This document shows, piece after piece, positions 14,401 through 25,283 of a stretch of DNA of 64,000 nucleotides. The stretch lies in the NCBI RefSeq assembly GCF_035084215.1, contig NC_090364.1, positions 8,370,001 through 8,434,000 of the forward strand. The letters are read 5' to 3'. The notes under the pieces were generated by a model. That model saw only the letters and a list, made by a program, of their open reading frames with translations, was not told where the DNA came from and made no database searches. Source of the DNA: Heptranchias perlo (lineage: Eukaryota). Every line of letters starts with the position of its first letter. Position 1 is the first letter of the stretch. Made by a program: the position numbers and the translations under genes.

Positions 14401-17400
14401 GGCTCAAGGCACGACCATAGCAGCAATACATGGTGTCCAAGTACAACGTGAACATGCCTGTGCATTTGGAAAGTACATGAACAGATCTCAAGGGCGCTGT
14501 GCAGTGTCCCGCTATTGAGCTGCCCCAAATTTAAACTGAAATGCCACTTGATATCATGAAGCAATGCATTACCTCCCTGAGGCCATCAAATCTCCTCCTC
14601 ACCTGCACCAGGTTCAGGACTCGGGCGAGACAGCATCGACCCTTTCCATCCAGGCCGTTCCTCGCTGGAGCGCGGCCCTCTCCGCCAAAAAAAGAATCAG
14701 CTTTCTCTGTCGGACCTCATCCAGCAGCAGCTCCGTGGAGCTTTTGCTGCAGACCATCTCATCAGGGAGCAGGACACCTTTAAGAGCTTGACAACCCGCC
14801 CTTTGACCCCACAGTCCTTCTGGTGCGACATGCCCTGCGCGCTGGGGCGGGTGCAAAAAAGTATTTCAATGAGAAAATGCTGGAAAACACTCAGCAGGTC
14901 GGGCAGCATCTGCGGAGAGAGAAACAGAGTTAACCTTTCAGGTCGATGACCTTTCATCGGAGCTGGACGAAGTTAGAGAATTAACAGTTTATAGGCAAGT
15001 ACGGATCCAGGGGAAGGGGGAGGGAGGGGAGGAAAAAACAAAGGGGAAAGACTGTGATAGAGGGCGGGAGTGATTAAATGACAGAAGGGATGATGGTACA
15101 AAAAGCGGGTGGTAATGGGATTGGCTGACCTGCCAAGCATTTGCAGCATTTTCTGTGTTTATTTCAGATTGCCAACGTCCGCAGTATTTTGCTTTTGCAT
15201 CGAAATGAACTGAACACTTACTATAACCTCTGGGCAGGGACTGCATTATCAGCTCCCGGAGCCCAGGCACTGAAGAGGAGATTTTCCTAGGTGGTTGTTA
15301 CTTCGTCAACGGACAGGGGAAACATCCAGGCCCTGGCGTTTGATTTGCCCGGCCATTAACATGGCTCGAGGGGGACACCCCTCAGCACAGGCCTGCCAGC
15401 CGGCCAGGCTTAGTGCCTGCAGAAGGAGCAGCACTGTAAGCGCCGCTGCAGCCCTCTGGGCGGCAGAGAGTTTGGTAGCACCAAGCTTCACTGTGCGCTC
15501 CTGAGCTGGTGGGAGGGGAGGGGGGGCGCGGGGAGACTCAGCGAGCCGCACGTCCAGGAAAAGGAGGCAGAACTTCGCCGTTGCCCTCCCAGCTGGTATG
15601 ATGGGGATGTACCCACTTTGCCCCCCTAAAACCCCCCCTGCCAAACCCGGCATACTCAGGAAATCTTCCTCCCCCTCTTTTTCCTGATTTTGCAGCAGGG
15701 AAGATGGACATTCCGTGATGGGGGGGGGGGGGGGGGGTGGGAGGGGGCAAAGGTTTTGAAAATCAGTCCTCAAATGGCATCAGGCTATTTGACTGTGGAG
15801 GGCATCACATCCCCAGCCTGATCCCATGTCCTCAACCACACGCACCTACTTCCCCTGCGGATGCCACGTGACAATGATCAGGAACGGGAATCTGGGTGAG
15901 ATTTCCTCTCCCTGGACCGGGGGCACTGAGCTCGGTTGTAAAACTCCAGCTGAGACCGGCCGGCTCAGGACAGACCAGCGAGGGGACCTGGGTCAGCGCT
16001 AGCCCAGGTATATTGATTACTGGGGGTGGGGGAGGGATTTTCTCTCAGGATCTGAAGGAGGTCACATTGTAAATAGTCCTTTGATTAGAAAAGGGATGTT
16101 TTGGTTTTTTTAATCTAATCTTTCTGATTCTTTCCAGTGACATGGGTTTGTGTCATCAGGTACCAGCAAGTGATAGACTACGGACACCAGTCCTCGCTGA
16201 ACACCGTCAGTCTGGTGGCCGGTTGCTTGTGTGCCATGGGAGGCTCTTTGGTGGGGAATTTCCAGGTAACTCAGTGCGTTGGACTCCAGCCCAGTGTCAG
16301 AAGTAGGGAGGTAGATTGCGGTAGGGATGTCATTTTCTCCGAATGCGCAGAGCCTTGCTAGGATCCGCCAACATCAGCTGCCATTCCTTGAAATCGAGCA
16401 CGGATAGTGACTAATCTGCAGACTATTTGGCTATGGAGGGCATCGTGGCTGATCTTGTTCTTACCCGGTGCTCGTGCATGCTGAATCAGGAGTAGGAAAA
16501 CTCTGGCTGTTTTCTATTCCTTCCTAGCCCGAGAGTGCCAGGGCCAATTGTAGTATCCTCATCTGCAGCCAATTCAGCACGGACTGGGAATTGCATCTTG
16601 AAACCCTGTAATACAAGGCTTAGTCTTATATCAGGGAGTGCATTTAACCCTCTTAGTATCAGTCCTCATGGCGAACTCTCCCAATGGAGATCAGCTGATG
16701 AACTGGCACTACAAAGTTGTCCTCTCTCTGACTCATACTCTTTTGAGCATGAGGATCGGTGAATTTACTCTTGTGTTGTAGGCAAAAGGGAACGTGCCTT
16801 TACCCTGTGTTATAATGTTCGTGACTCCGGGAATTACAGACACATACACACAACGTCAGATTAACCTTTGATACTTTTATTTGTCTAACTCGAGTCAGAT
16901 AAACACAATTTTATCACAACATTCACAGAGTAAATACCTTGAGGGTTCCCGTTTATGCTCCCCAGACTCTAGTGCTGGCCAGGCTTACCTTGCCCTGGGT
17001 GCCTCAACTTGGTGACCAATTCTTGTCTTGACTGTAGTGCCCAGATCTCTCACTACTCTCATATTTATGTCCTGAATTATCGTGGCTGCCACATGGTGAT
17101 CAATTGTGTGATAATCTCACTTGATCAGTTTAGTCAGTGGGCCTCATGAGCCATCTTCTCATTATCAGTCAGCCGAGGAACAGTTTCCCAATTTAATATA
17201 GTGGCCATTCCACGTATCAATCCAACACAGTGGCCATCTTACAGCATGTATTCTCATCTTCCTCTGTCCATCTGCACCTATACCTATCATACTATTATCT
17301 TCCACCATTTCAGAAGCTGCTCTGAGCTAGCCACCTCCCCTTCACTTCTATCCCAACTTTATCTACTACCGTTAAAGTCTGCGCTCAGCACCACACAGCT

Positions 17401-20380
17401 ACTAACTAACAACAACAACTTGCATTTATATGGCGCCATTAACGTAGTAAAGACATCCCAAGGCGCTTCACGGGAGCGTAGTCAGACAAAATTTGACACC
17501 GAGCCACACGAGGAGATATTAGACAGGTGACCGAAAGCTTGGTCAAAGAAGTAGGTTTTAAGGAGCATCTTAAAAGGAGGAGAGCGAGGCGGAGAGGCTT
17601 AGGGGGGAATTTCCAGAGCTTAGGGCCTAGGCAGATAAAGCATGGCTGCCAATGGCGGGGCGCAAAAAATCGGGGATGTGCAAGAGAACAGAATTGGAAG
17701 AGCGCAGAGATCTCGGAGGGTTGTAGGGCTGGAGGAGGTCACAGAAAAAAGGAGGGGGCGAGGGGGCATGGAGGGATTTGAACACAAGGATGAGAATTTA
17801 AAAAAATTGTGGCTTTCCCAGACCGGGAGCCAGTGTAGGTCAGCGAGCACAGGGGTGAGGGGTGAATGGGGCTCGGTGCGAGTTAGGATATGAGCAGCAG
17901 AGTTTTGGATGACCTGAAGTTCTAAAACCTGCAATATCATCCAACAAATTATATCCATTCATTAATCTGAATTGCGTCCTCATGTAGTCCTTATTCATAA
18001 CTAATAGTTTCCCAGGAACTATGTACTTCCATCCAGCATTTCAAACTTTTCATTGAACAAAATTCCATCCCTGCCCAAACAACATTCAATCCCCATCGGA
18101 CAGGAGTCCCTGATTCAATATCTCGTCTTCATTTCTCCACAGAACGAATTGCTTATCCACGTAAGAAAATAATGTCCATCTTCGTTTCAGCAAAATAACC
18201 GAAAGTATTCGCAACACAAGTCCTGTTCTTTAACACTACATGTACTTAATGAAAGAACCATTGCAAAATCTATAAAGGAAAATTCACCTAACCCCCATCT
18301 TCCCTTTCACCCCCATCCCATTCATCTTCTTCTTTTTGACTTGAACAAAGTGGCTCTGATCCCTCCATATTCCCTTTCCACAGATGCCTCTGCAAAACAT
18401 TCCCCTTCCATTTCTGTGTCACTCATCAAGGCACTTCCCCGTTTCCCTGGACTTTTATCTCTTGTCCTGTTTCTTGCTTTCCATCATTTTCTCCCTTAGG
18501 ACTCCTCCAATTGAATATACAAAGCAATGAGTGGTCTCTTGTTTAGCATAACACTATGTTCTGGGTGCCTCTACATGCATAGACTCATCAATAGGTGTAG
18601 TTAATTATTGGCTGGTCACGTAACGTTACTCCAAGTAATTTAACTCATCGTAGTGGGAGGGAGGAGACTAAAAAGCACAAACTCCACCAGAAGAATTAAC
18701 TGCTACCGTTATTTTCTCAACAGACCATCAACCAGATTCACGTACACCTGGTGGGGGCCTTTCTCTCGTTCTTCATTGGGAATCTCTACTTCTGGCTTCA
18801 GGTGGGACTAACCTACACGATAAAACCAAGGCACGGAGGAAAGTGGATCGGCCCCGTAAGGATAATCTGCAACCTTGTATGCACAGCCTGCCTCGTCCTG
18901 TGTATCCTTTAGTCATAAGGCAATAGATTGGTAGCATTAGCGATGAGCAGGAGGACTGTGACTGAGTCATGTTCATTCAAATCTAACCCAGGATAAAAGT
19001 CGGAGGGCGGGGATCGAAGGCCCCATTCTCCAATGAGGAGCTGGACGCTCAGTGGGTTAGACAGACCATTTCTTCCTGGGGATCTGATCCAATTGGCGCA
19101 CAAAGCTCCCCCAATAACTCGGTGGGTAAATGCACCATGTGATGTGAAGTAAGCCTTACAGACCAGAAGGCCCCGGGCTCTGTTGCTGGTCTTGAGTTAA
19201 CTGCTTTAAGCTGGTGCAGCGAGTAGTGGCTCAACGATTGGCCTCTGCGGCCCTGCGCTAGAGGGTGAGGGTTGGGGGGAATCAGCCAGGATTCTCACTC
19301 ACATTTGCTGTCCTTTTTTTGACCCCCCGTATGAACATTGGGCGAGGACAGGATCAGATTTGGCTGATAATCATTGGTCCTCCCACCCTCTTCATCTAAC
19401 CCTAGCAGCATATCCTTCCACTCCTTTCTCCCTCATGTGTTTATCTAGCTTCCCCTTAAATGCATCTATGCTATTCACCTCAACTACTCCTTGTGGTAGC
19501 AAGTTCCACATCCTCAACACTCTCTGGGTAAAGAAGTTTCTCCTGAATTCCCTATTGGATTTTTTAGTGACTATCTTATTTATGAGCCCTAGTCTTGCTC
19601 TACGCCACACGTGGAAACATAGTCTCTGCATCTACCCTATCAAACACTTTCATAATCTTAAAGTCCTCTTTCAGGTCACCCCTCAGCCTTCTGTTTTCTA
19701 CAGAAAAGAGCCCCAGCCTGTTCAATGTTGTTGCACGGAGCCAAACAGAGCTGGAAGTTTGCAAATTTGACCCCTGGCAAGAAAGATCTCCAAGTGACTG
19801 AGACTGGTTATAACTAGCTTCTGAATCCCTGGGCTAGATAGGGGAAAGAGAAGGAGGGGGACATAAGGAGCCATTGTTCCTGCTTCTAAAAGCTCTGTAC
19901 CGAGCCCTGCTGGAAAGTGCATACATATAGACAACTAAGGGGTAAAGGGTTATGCTTAGCTGCGATGACCCCTCACCCACATAGACAACCAAGCCTGTTA
20001 GCAGCATCTTGGTTCATACATGACGGTTGGCTAGTTTAGACAGATACTAGAGGGGAGCCAGCATCTGAGGAACAATCACCCCAAGAGCAGTCAGGGGACC
20101 ACAGGAGACAATCGGGAGAGAGAGAGAAAAAAAAAAAGAGTAATATGGAAATAAAACAGATGTCCTTGATGGTATTTCCTTGACCATTGGCCCAGTGGTG
20201 CTGCTCCACTATTGGAAGAGGAGAACTGCAGCGGCGATATGCGAGTGGGTGGCGGGAATGGTCCTCCTGCTCCTCTTTGCCCTGTTTGCGGTGGACTTTC
20301 AGCACCTCGACGGTCAATACTTCCACGTAATGCGGGAAAAGGCCACAATCCAAAACTCAACCACCACATTGGAGTTGTAG
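5344..20380 (+). CDS. tmem150b: TMEM150B-like (DRAM/TMEM150/Frag1 family) multi-pass membrane protein, 227 aa; join(5344..5408,10367..10426,13391..13458,16138..16265,18724..18901,20196..20380)
   Basis: Six exons with GT-AG ends and compatible phases sum to 684 nt. Translation: MWAWALLPILLAFTAAGGFWAV-FGMAVVNGSVNVTVEFPYIS-TCGAYPPQSCIFSQIMNIGAFLV-TWVCVIRYQQ...GSLVGNFQ-TINQIHVHLVGAFLSFFIGNLYFWLQ...WIGPVR...-LVLLHYW..AAAICEWVAGMVLLLLFALFAVDF. The motifs FPYIS, PPQSCIFSQ, VGNFQ, HL.GAFL.F..GN.YFWLQ, WIGP.R and CEWV match human TMEM150B as recalled. Confidence 0.93.
5575..5785 (+). mobile_element. Partial SINE with a CR1/T1-like 3' tail (same family as 38045-38375)
   Basis: Shares catg(c)aagctg...aaaaccca...tgtgactccagtccca...ggttgactcttaa..actagagatggcaataaat with 38170-38375. 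Confidence 0.6.
5893..6672 (+). mobile_element. CR1-type LINE 3' fragment nested in an L2 3' end (L2 halves about 5845-5893 and 6675-6890, - strand)
   Basis: ORF 5963-6472 ([28 protein letters not shown]) plus a CR1 tail. The flanks join to give the L2 tail seen intact at 17406-17920. Confidence 0.85.
7550..7942 (+). mobile_element. L2-like LINE 3' fragment
   Basis: Encodes FS.LG.KLWNSLP; ends aaggcactatataaatgcacgttgttgtt. Confidence 0.8.
8733..10070 (+). mobile_element. 5'-truncated CR1/T1-like LINE with reverse transcriptase and poly-A tail
   Basis: RT motifs QFGFR, ALDIKAAFD, GVPQGSVLGP, FINDL and FADD. An in-frame stop at 9279-9281 splits ORFs 8733-9281 and 9312-10007. The 3' end is gacgcccacatcccatgaacgaataaaaaaaaa. 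Confidence 0.92.
10367..10426 (+). CDS. tmem150b: tmem150b coding exon 2 (60 nt)
   Basis: ttcctgcag|G TTT GGA ATG...TAC ATC AG|gtgatt; encodes FGMAVVNGSVNVTVEFPYIS. Confidence 0.92.
10660..11060 (-). mobile_element. Old, diverged SINE-like family (representative copy)
   Basis: Motifs ttccttagcccag..gcac.gagg(c)caattgtag and ctgctggaaagtg recur in decayed form near 4200-4550, 11800-12110, 15780-16000, 16380-16650, 19110-19370, 45140-45560 and 54000-54380. Confidence 0.5.
11413..11795 (+). mobile_element. CR1-type LINE 3' fragment
   Basis: Encodes RGD.IEVFK...DRVDREKLFPLV; has a CR1 tail; closely related to 60860-61240. Confidence 0.88.
12140..13340 (+). mobile_element. Decayed CR1 LINE (RT to 3' end) with an internal duplication of about 92 bp
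   Basis: Encodes GVPQGLVLGPLLFTIYINDL, SKFAD.TKLGG and LYRTLVRPHL. The block ggtgacctg.tagaggt recurs at 12883 and 12975. Confidence 0.88.
13391..13458 (+). CDS. tmem150b: tmem150b coding exon 3 (68 nt)
   Basis: ctctgctcag|T ACC TGT...TTT CTG G|gtgagt; encodes TCGAYPPQSCIFSQIMNIGAFL. Confidence 0.93.
13866..14312 (-). mobile_element. Near full-length Deu-domain SINE (tRNA-like head, L2-like tail)
   Basis: Reverse strand has a B-box-like ggatccaagtccc head, the Deu core and a gaaaggtgctataaaaatg tail. Confidence 0.85.
14870..15197. mobile_element. Penelope-like element fragment with inverted terminal pieces
   Basis: Minus strand at 14870-14965 carries a degenerate hammerhead (ccgatgaa-aggtc-atc-gacct-gaaaggtt). 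Plus strand at 15125-15197 carries the same tail in the opposite orientation. Confidence 0.7.
16138..16265 (+). CDS. tmem150b: tmem150b coding exon 4 (128 nt)
   Basis: tctttccag|TG ACA TGG...TTC CAG|gtaact; encodes TWVCVIRYQQVIDYGHQSSLNTVSLVAGCLCAMGGSLVGNFQ. Confidence 0.93.
17406..17920 (-). mobile_element. L2-like LINE 3' fragment
   Basis: ORF 17620-17958 has the L2 motif LQVIQNSAAHILTRT..HSPLTPVLADLHWLPV; tail (ttg)n. Confidence 0.88.
18724..18901 (+). CDS. tmem150b: tmem150b coding exon 5 (178 nt)
   Basis: ttttctcaacag|ACC ATC AAC...GTC CTG T|gtatccttt; encodes TINQIHVHLVGAFLSFFIGNLYFWLQVGLTYTIKPRHGGKWIGPVRIICNLVCTACLVL. Confidence 0.92.
18902..20195 (+). other. U12-type (minor spliceosome) GT-AG intron
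   Basis: 5' site is GTATCCTTT. Branch site TTCCTTGAC lies at 20176-20184, about 12 nt before CAG, with no polypyrimidine tract. Splicing here keeps the frame. Confidence 0.9.
19385..19725 (-). mobile_element. CR1 LINE 3' fragment
   Basis: Encodes FRRNFFTQRVLRMWNLLP..VVE..SIDAFKGKLDKHM. Confidence 0.85.
20196..20380 (+). CDS. tmem150b: tmem150b last coding exon (stop TAG 20378-20380)
   Basis: cccag|TG GTG CTG CTC CAC TAT TGG...; encodes VLLHYWKRRTAAAICEWVAGMVLLLLFALFAVDFQHLDGQYFHVMREKATIQNSTTTLEL*. Confidence 0.92.
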
Positions 20381-20799
20381 CAGGAATAATATCGGACTGC
20401 AATACATTTTTTTCCGAAAAAAACCCCAACCTTTTATCGAGTTTGACCAGTCTCTCTCGCTGCTCTGTGGGCTGTGAAGCACCTTGGGACGTTTTACTAC
20501 AGTAAAGGTGCTATATAAATGCAAGACGTTGTGGTATCAAATTGAACATGGAACATAAGTTAATCCTGGTCACTTGAGAGCATCGCAGAATCAGGACTTT
20601 TTAAAAAAAAGTTATGATGACCATCCGTCTGCTTGTTTTTTCCCCCTCTCTATTAATGTGTCCTCTGAATCAATTGACAACTCATGATCTTATTACGGCA
20701 AACTGGCTGGGAGGGGTTAGTGAGACTGATCATAAAGTTACTGAAACCAGGAGTATGAGGCTGCTGGACTAACATCACTAGAGGTACAGTTAGAAAAAC

Positions 20800-21182
20800 A
20801 AAGATTTGAATTTAAATCACACCTTTCATGACCTCAGGGAGCCCCAAAGCACTTTACAGCCAATGAAGTACTTTTGAAGTGTTATAGTGTAGGAAACACG
20901 GCAGCTAATTTGTGCACAGCAAGATCCCACAAACAGCGACGTGATAATGACCAGATAATCTGTTTTCGTGATGTTGGTTGAGGGATAAACATTGGCCAGG
21001 ACACCAGGGACAACTCCTCTGCTCCTCTTCAGATAATGGCTGTAGTGTATATATATATATATATATATATAGTCCACCTAAAAGGGTAGATGGGGCCTCG
21101 GTTTAACATCTCCTCTGAAAGACAGCTCTTCCAACAGTGCAGCACTCCCTCAGTACTGCACTAGAGTGTCAGCCTAGATTTT
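20800..21182 (-). mobile_element. Deu-domain SINE within the putative tmem150b 3' UTR, containing a (TA)n expansion at 21048-21071
   Basis: Homologous to 13866-14312. Confidence 0.82.
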
Positions 21183-21788
21183 CTGAAGAAATACAGTCAG
21201 TCAGTAACACAGGCTGCCAGATGGGCGGGGTTACTGACTCCCATGAGCTGAGTGTGACACTGCAAGGGAGCTGGATTAACGTCAATACCATCATTAAATT
21301 GGGTTCATAGGTCATGTGCTTGTTAATTCAGTTCCTTCTCAAAGCTGTGACTCATTCCATCCAATGCTTCCGCTGTCATCAACTCCCACCAAATCAATGA
21401 CATTCAGAAATATGAATGGTTGTTTAGCAGACGATTAAGTTAGTCATGTGATTTTTCTTCCAAGACTCACATGAAGATTGGCCACTTGACCGAGATATTG
21501 GATGTAAAACTCTACATGAACAAACCACCTACCCCCTCCCTCACAGGCTAATCTACAACACCAGACAATAGACTCTGACAGGAGCACCAAACTTTGCATC
21601 TTACTTACCAAAATCTCATTATACAAAGTAAACCACGAAAGGGACGCTCTGTATAGAATTATATTCTGCACAAGACTCAACTGTTAAGTTGGGGTTTGTT
21701 TTTCTAAAAAAAAACTTAACTTGAAAAAAAATTTCAGAACAACACTATACATACGATCATTGTATTTATATATTGTCCAGTAGCTTGT

Positions 21789-21794
21789 AATAAA
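21789..21794 (+). terminator. Candidate tmem150b poly(A) signal AATAAA
   Basis: AATAAA preceded by an AU-rich tgtatttatatattgt stretch, about 1.4 kb after the stop codon. Confidence 0.55.
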
Positions 21795-22789
21795 TTCAGA
21801 TGAACAGATGCTGCTTGATGCGTGCACACATTATGCTGTAGTTTCAATGTAATTTTAATCTATGTTTGGTGCTTAAGCAGCTACAGATCCAAAACAAGGG
21901 AATTATTGTTAAATGGAGAAAGTTACTGGAACACTCGAACAATTTTAGGTCTAGATTTTCCAGTCAGTAACATTTGTTTAAAGCTGCGATTATAGGCCTC
22001 AATGCGAAGACAGCAACATCTCTGGGTTTGCCCAGTGTCGTGACTGCGACACACAGCAAACTAGCACCTGTCAAAAAGTGTACCAACTTGCATGAAAAGG
22101 GGCACTCAAGAGGTTTTGAAGAGCAAGTTAATTCAGGCAGATGATTAATGAACCTTTTAGGTACTTCCTTTGTTTGCCCACAGTGGGAACCAAATGGTGT
22201 GGTACAGTGGAGCTGCAATACCACCTAGTGGCTTCAGCTTACAACTAGTGTTATCAGTCACTATAATTATGATGAAAATACCTTTAGATGGGACATTCAC
22301 AACATTAAATATTGATGAAAAAAAGGATCAAAAAGTTGTGATAACATGAATTAAAGTCTGTAGATAGGAAATGTGGATATACACAGTCTTTAATATATTA
22401 AATCAATCAATAGCTCAGAGTCAAGACCAAATGTAGAGCCCAGTTTGCCCTGGAATTCTTGCACCAAAGCAAAGAATTGAATATAACACAAACTGTGGAT
22501 GAAAATGGAGTTTTTTGCCCCTCAGACATATTTTACCAATCATAAACATGTTCAATGACCTGGTACTATATAATTTTAGATAGGAGTAAGTCTAGCCCAG
22601 TAAAAATTAACAAAAAGAGGTATTTTTGTCTTGGCTATCTTAAGGTTTCTAGGCACAAGAGGTGCCAGTTGGCTGACCTGCTGTAAATGCTCTTTGCTCA
22701 TGGGGTCAGGAAGGCCATGTATTATATGTAGGAGGTATGTGAATGAGAGCCACTCTGTGCACAATTCACTTTGGAAAAAGATTGTCAGA

Positions 22790-23353
22790 TTGCCCTGGTT
22801 AGACCGCACCTAGAGTACTGTGAGCAGTTCTGGGCACCGCACCTTCGGAAGGACATATTGGCCTTGGAGGGAGTGCAGTGTAGGTTTACTAGAATGATAC
22901 CCGGACGTCAAGGGTTAAGTTACGAGGAGAGATTACACAAATTGGGGTTGTATTCTCTAGAGCTTTGAAGGCTAAGGGGTGATCTGATTGAAGTTTATAA
23001 GATATTAAGGGGAACAGATAGGGTGGATAGAGAGAAACTATTTCCGCTGGTTGGGGATTCTAGGAGTAGGGGGCACAGTCTAAAAATTAGAGCCAGACCT
23101 TTCAGGAGCGAGATTGGAAAAACATTTCTACACACAATGGGTGGTAGAAGTTTGGAACTCTCTTCTGCAAACGGCAATTGATACTAGCTCAATTGCTAAA
23201 TTTAAATCGGAGATAGATAGTTTTTTGGCAACCAAAGGTATTAGGGGATATGGGCCAAAGGCAGGTATATGGAGTTAGATCACAGATCAGCCATGATGTT
23301 ATCAAATGGCAGAGCAGGCACAAGGGGCTGAATGGCCTACTCCTGTTCCTATG
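22790..23353 (+). mobile_element. CR1 LINE 3' fragment (young subfamily)
   Basis: Nearly identical to 3369-3877. Confidence 0.9.
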
Positions 23354-24044
23354 TACATCAGCAAACAAGACAAATCTCCAAATAACCCATACTGAAGGGC
23401 AGACGAGTGGTGGGAGGCAGATTGTATCCTGCTGAAAGAGCAGGGTGCATCTAAAATCTGGGAGTTTAGTAACTAACCTTTTCGTGGATGTATATGGTTC
23501 TTCGTGCGCCTTTGCTTGTTAAAATTATTGTAAGGGAAACCTAGGAACTCACGTTAGAGCTTAAAATGGTCTCAAGTTGGGGTGTTGGTATTTCTACCTT
23601 CCAGAAAGATTAGGAGAAAAAGTAAGCTTGCAGGGTGAACTGCTGAACAAGGATCTGAGAGTCCCAGGAGTACGAGATCATTGAGGGGCAGAAATCCAAG
23701 ATGGTGCAGCATCTGGATTTTAGGGGATATAGGGTAAAGTCATGGGGAATGAAGCATTGAATCTCACTAAAAAAGTACCCTAAACCCCAATCCCACATAC
23801 TTTATCCATATCTCTCTGCATAGACTTCCTGGCAATTTGTAGACATAGGAATTTATAATGGGAAGTTCCCATTATAAATGTTCCATGTAAACTTGTCACA
23901 CTGAATACACTGCAACCATTGGCAGGAGAGGTGTAATCAATACACAGAGGCAGTTTCTATTATAAACTTGTTTTTTATATTTCTATTATAAAAATGTAGA
24001 AAGTTAGAACATATGACTTAAAATGGACTTGAATGGAGGGGACA

Positions 24045-24407
24045 TGATCTGATCGAAGTTTAAGATATTAAGGGGGAACGGATAGGGTGGATAGAGAGAA
24101 ACTATTTCCGCTGGTTGGGGATTCTAGGAGTCGGGGGCACAGTCTAAAAATTAGAGCCAGACCTTTCATGAGCGAGATTAGAAAACATTTCTACACACAA
24201 AGGGTGGTAGAAGTTTGGAACTCTCTTCCGCAAACGGCAATGGATACTAGCTCAATTTAAATGTGAGATAGATAGGTTTTTGGCAACCAAAGGTATTAGG
24301 GGATATGGGCCAAAGGCAGGTATATGGAGTTAGATCACAGATCAGCCATGATCTTATCAAATGGCGGAGCAGGCACGAGGGGCTGAATGGCCTACTCCTG
24401 TTCCTAT
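24045..24407 (+). mobile_element. CR1 LINE 3' fragment (young subfamily)
   Basis: Nearly identical to 3500-3870. Confidence 0.9.
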
Positions 24408-25283
24408 GACAAAAATTGGCCATGTAATTGATGGTGTCTACAGCTATCCTCTTCACTAAGAGGATATCAATGGGTTGGTGGAGTGGGCGGAAAAGTGGCA
24501 AATGGAGTTCAACCCGGGGAAGTGCGAGGTAATGCACTTAGGGAGGGCAAACAGTAAAAAGGGAATATATTGAGGGGTAGAGCAAGAGAGAGACCTTGGA
24601 GTACATGTGCACAGATCCCTGAAGGTGGCAGTACAGGTAGAAGGCAGCATACGGAATGCTCTCCGTTATTAGCAGAGGTATAGAATACAAAAGCAGGGAT
24701 GTAATGATGGAACTGTATAAAACGCTGGTAAGGCCACAGCTGGAGTATTGTGCACAGTTCTGGTCACCACATTACAAGAAGGACATAATTGCTCTGGAGA
24801 GAGTGCAGAGAAGATTTACAAGAATGTTGCCAGGGCTTGAAAATTGCAGCTACGAGGGGAGATTGGATAGGCTGGGGTTGTTTTCCTTGGAGCAGAGGAG
24901 GCTGTGGGATGACTTGATTGAGGTGTACAAAATTATGAGGGGCCTAGATAGAGTAGACAGGAAGTACCTGCTTCCCCTAGCGGAGAGCTCAAGAACTAGA
25001 GATCATAGATTTAAGCTGATTGGCGGAAGGATTAGAGGGGACATGAGGAAAAAACTTTTTTTTAAAAAAAAACCCAGAGGGTGGTGGGTGTATGGAATTC
25101 GCTGCCGGAATTGGTGGTAGAGGCAGGGACCCTCAACTCTTTTTAAAAGTACCTGGACCTGCACCTAAAGTGCTGTAAGCTGCAGAGCTACAGACCGGGT
25201 GCTGGAAGGTGGGATTAGAATGGGCACCTGGTTGTTCTTCGTGCCGGCATGGACACGATGGGCTGAATGGCTCCCTTCTGTGC
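24408..25283 (+). mobile_element. CR1 LINE fragment (different subfamily) abutting the previous copy
   Basis: ORF 24656-25120 encodes LYKTLVRPQLEYCAQFWSP...DLIEVYKIMRG; CR1 tail gggctgaatggctcccttctgtgctg. Confidence 0.88.

Noticed and set aside
16808-18240. Possible solo LTR (TGTTA...TAACA) interrupted by L2
   Set aside because: There is no matching target-site duplication and no second copy to confirm it.
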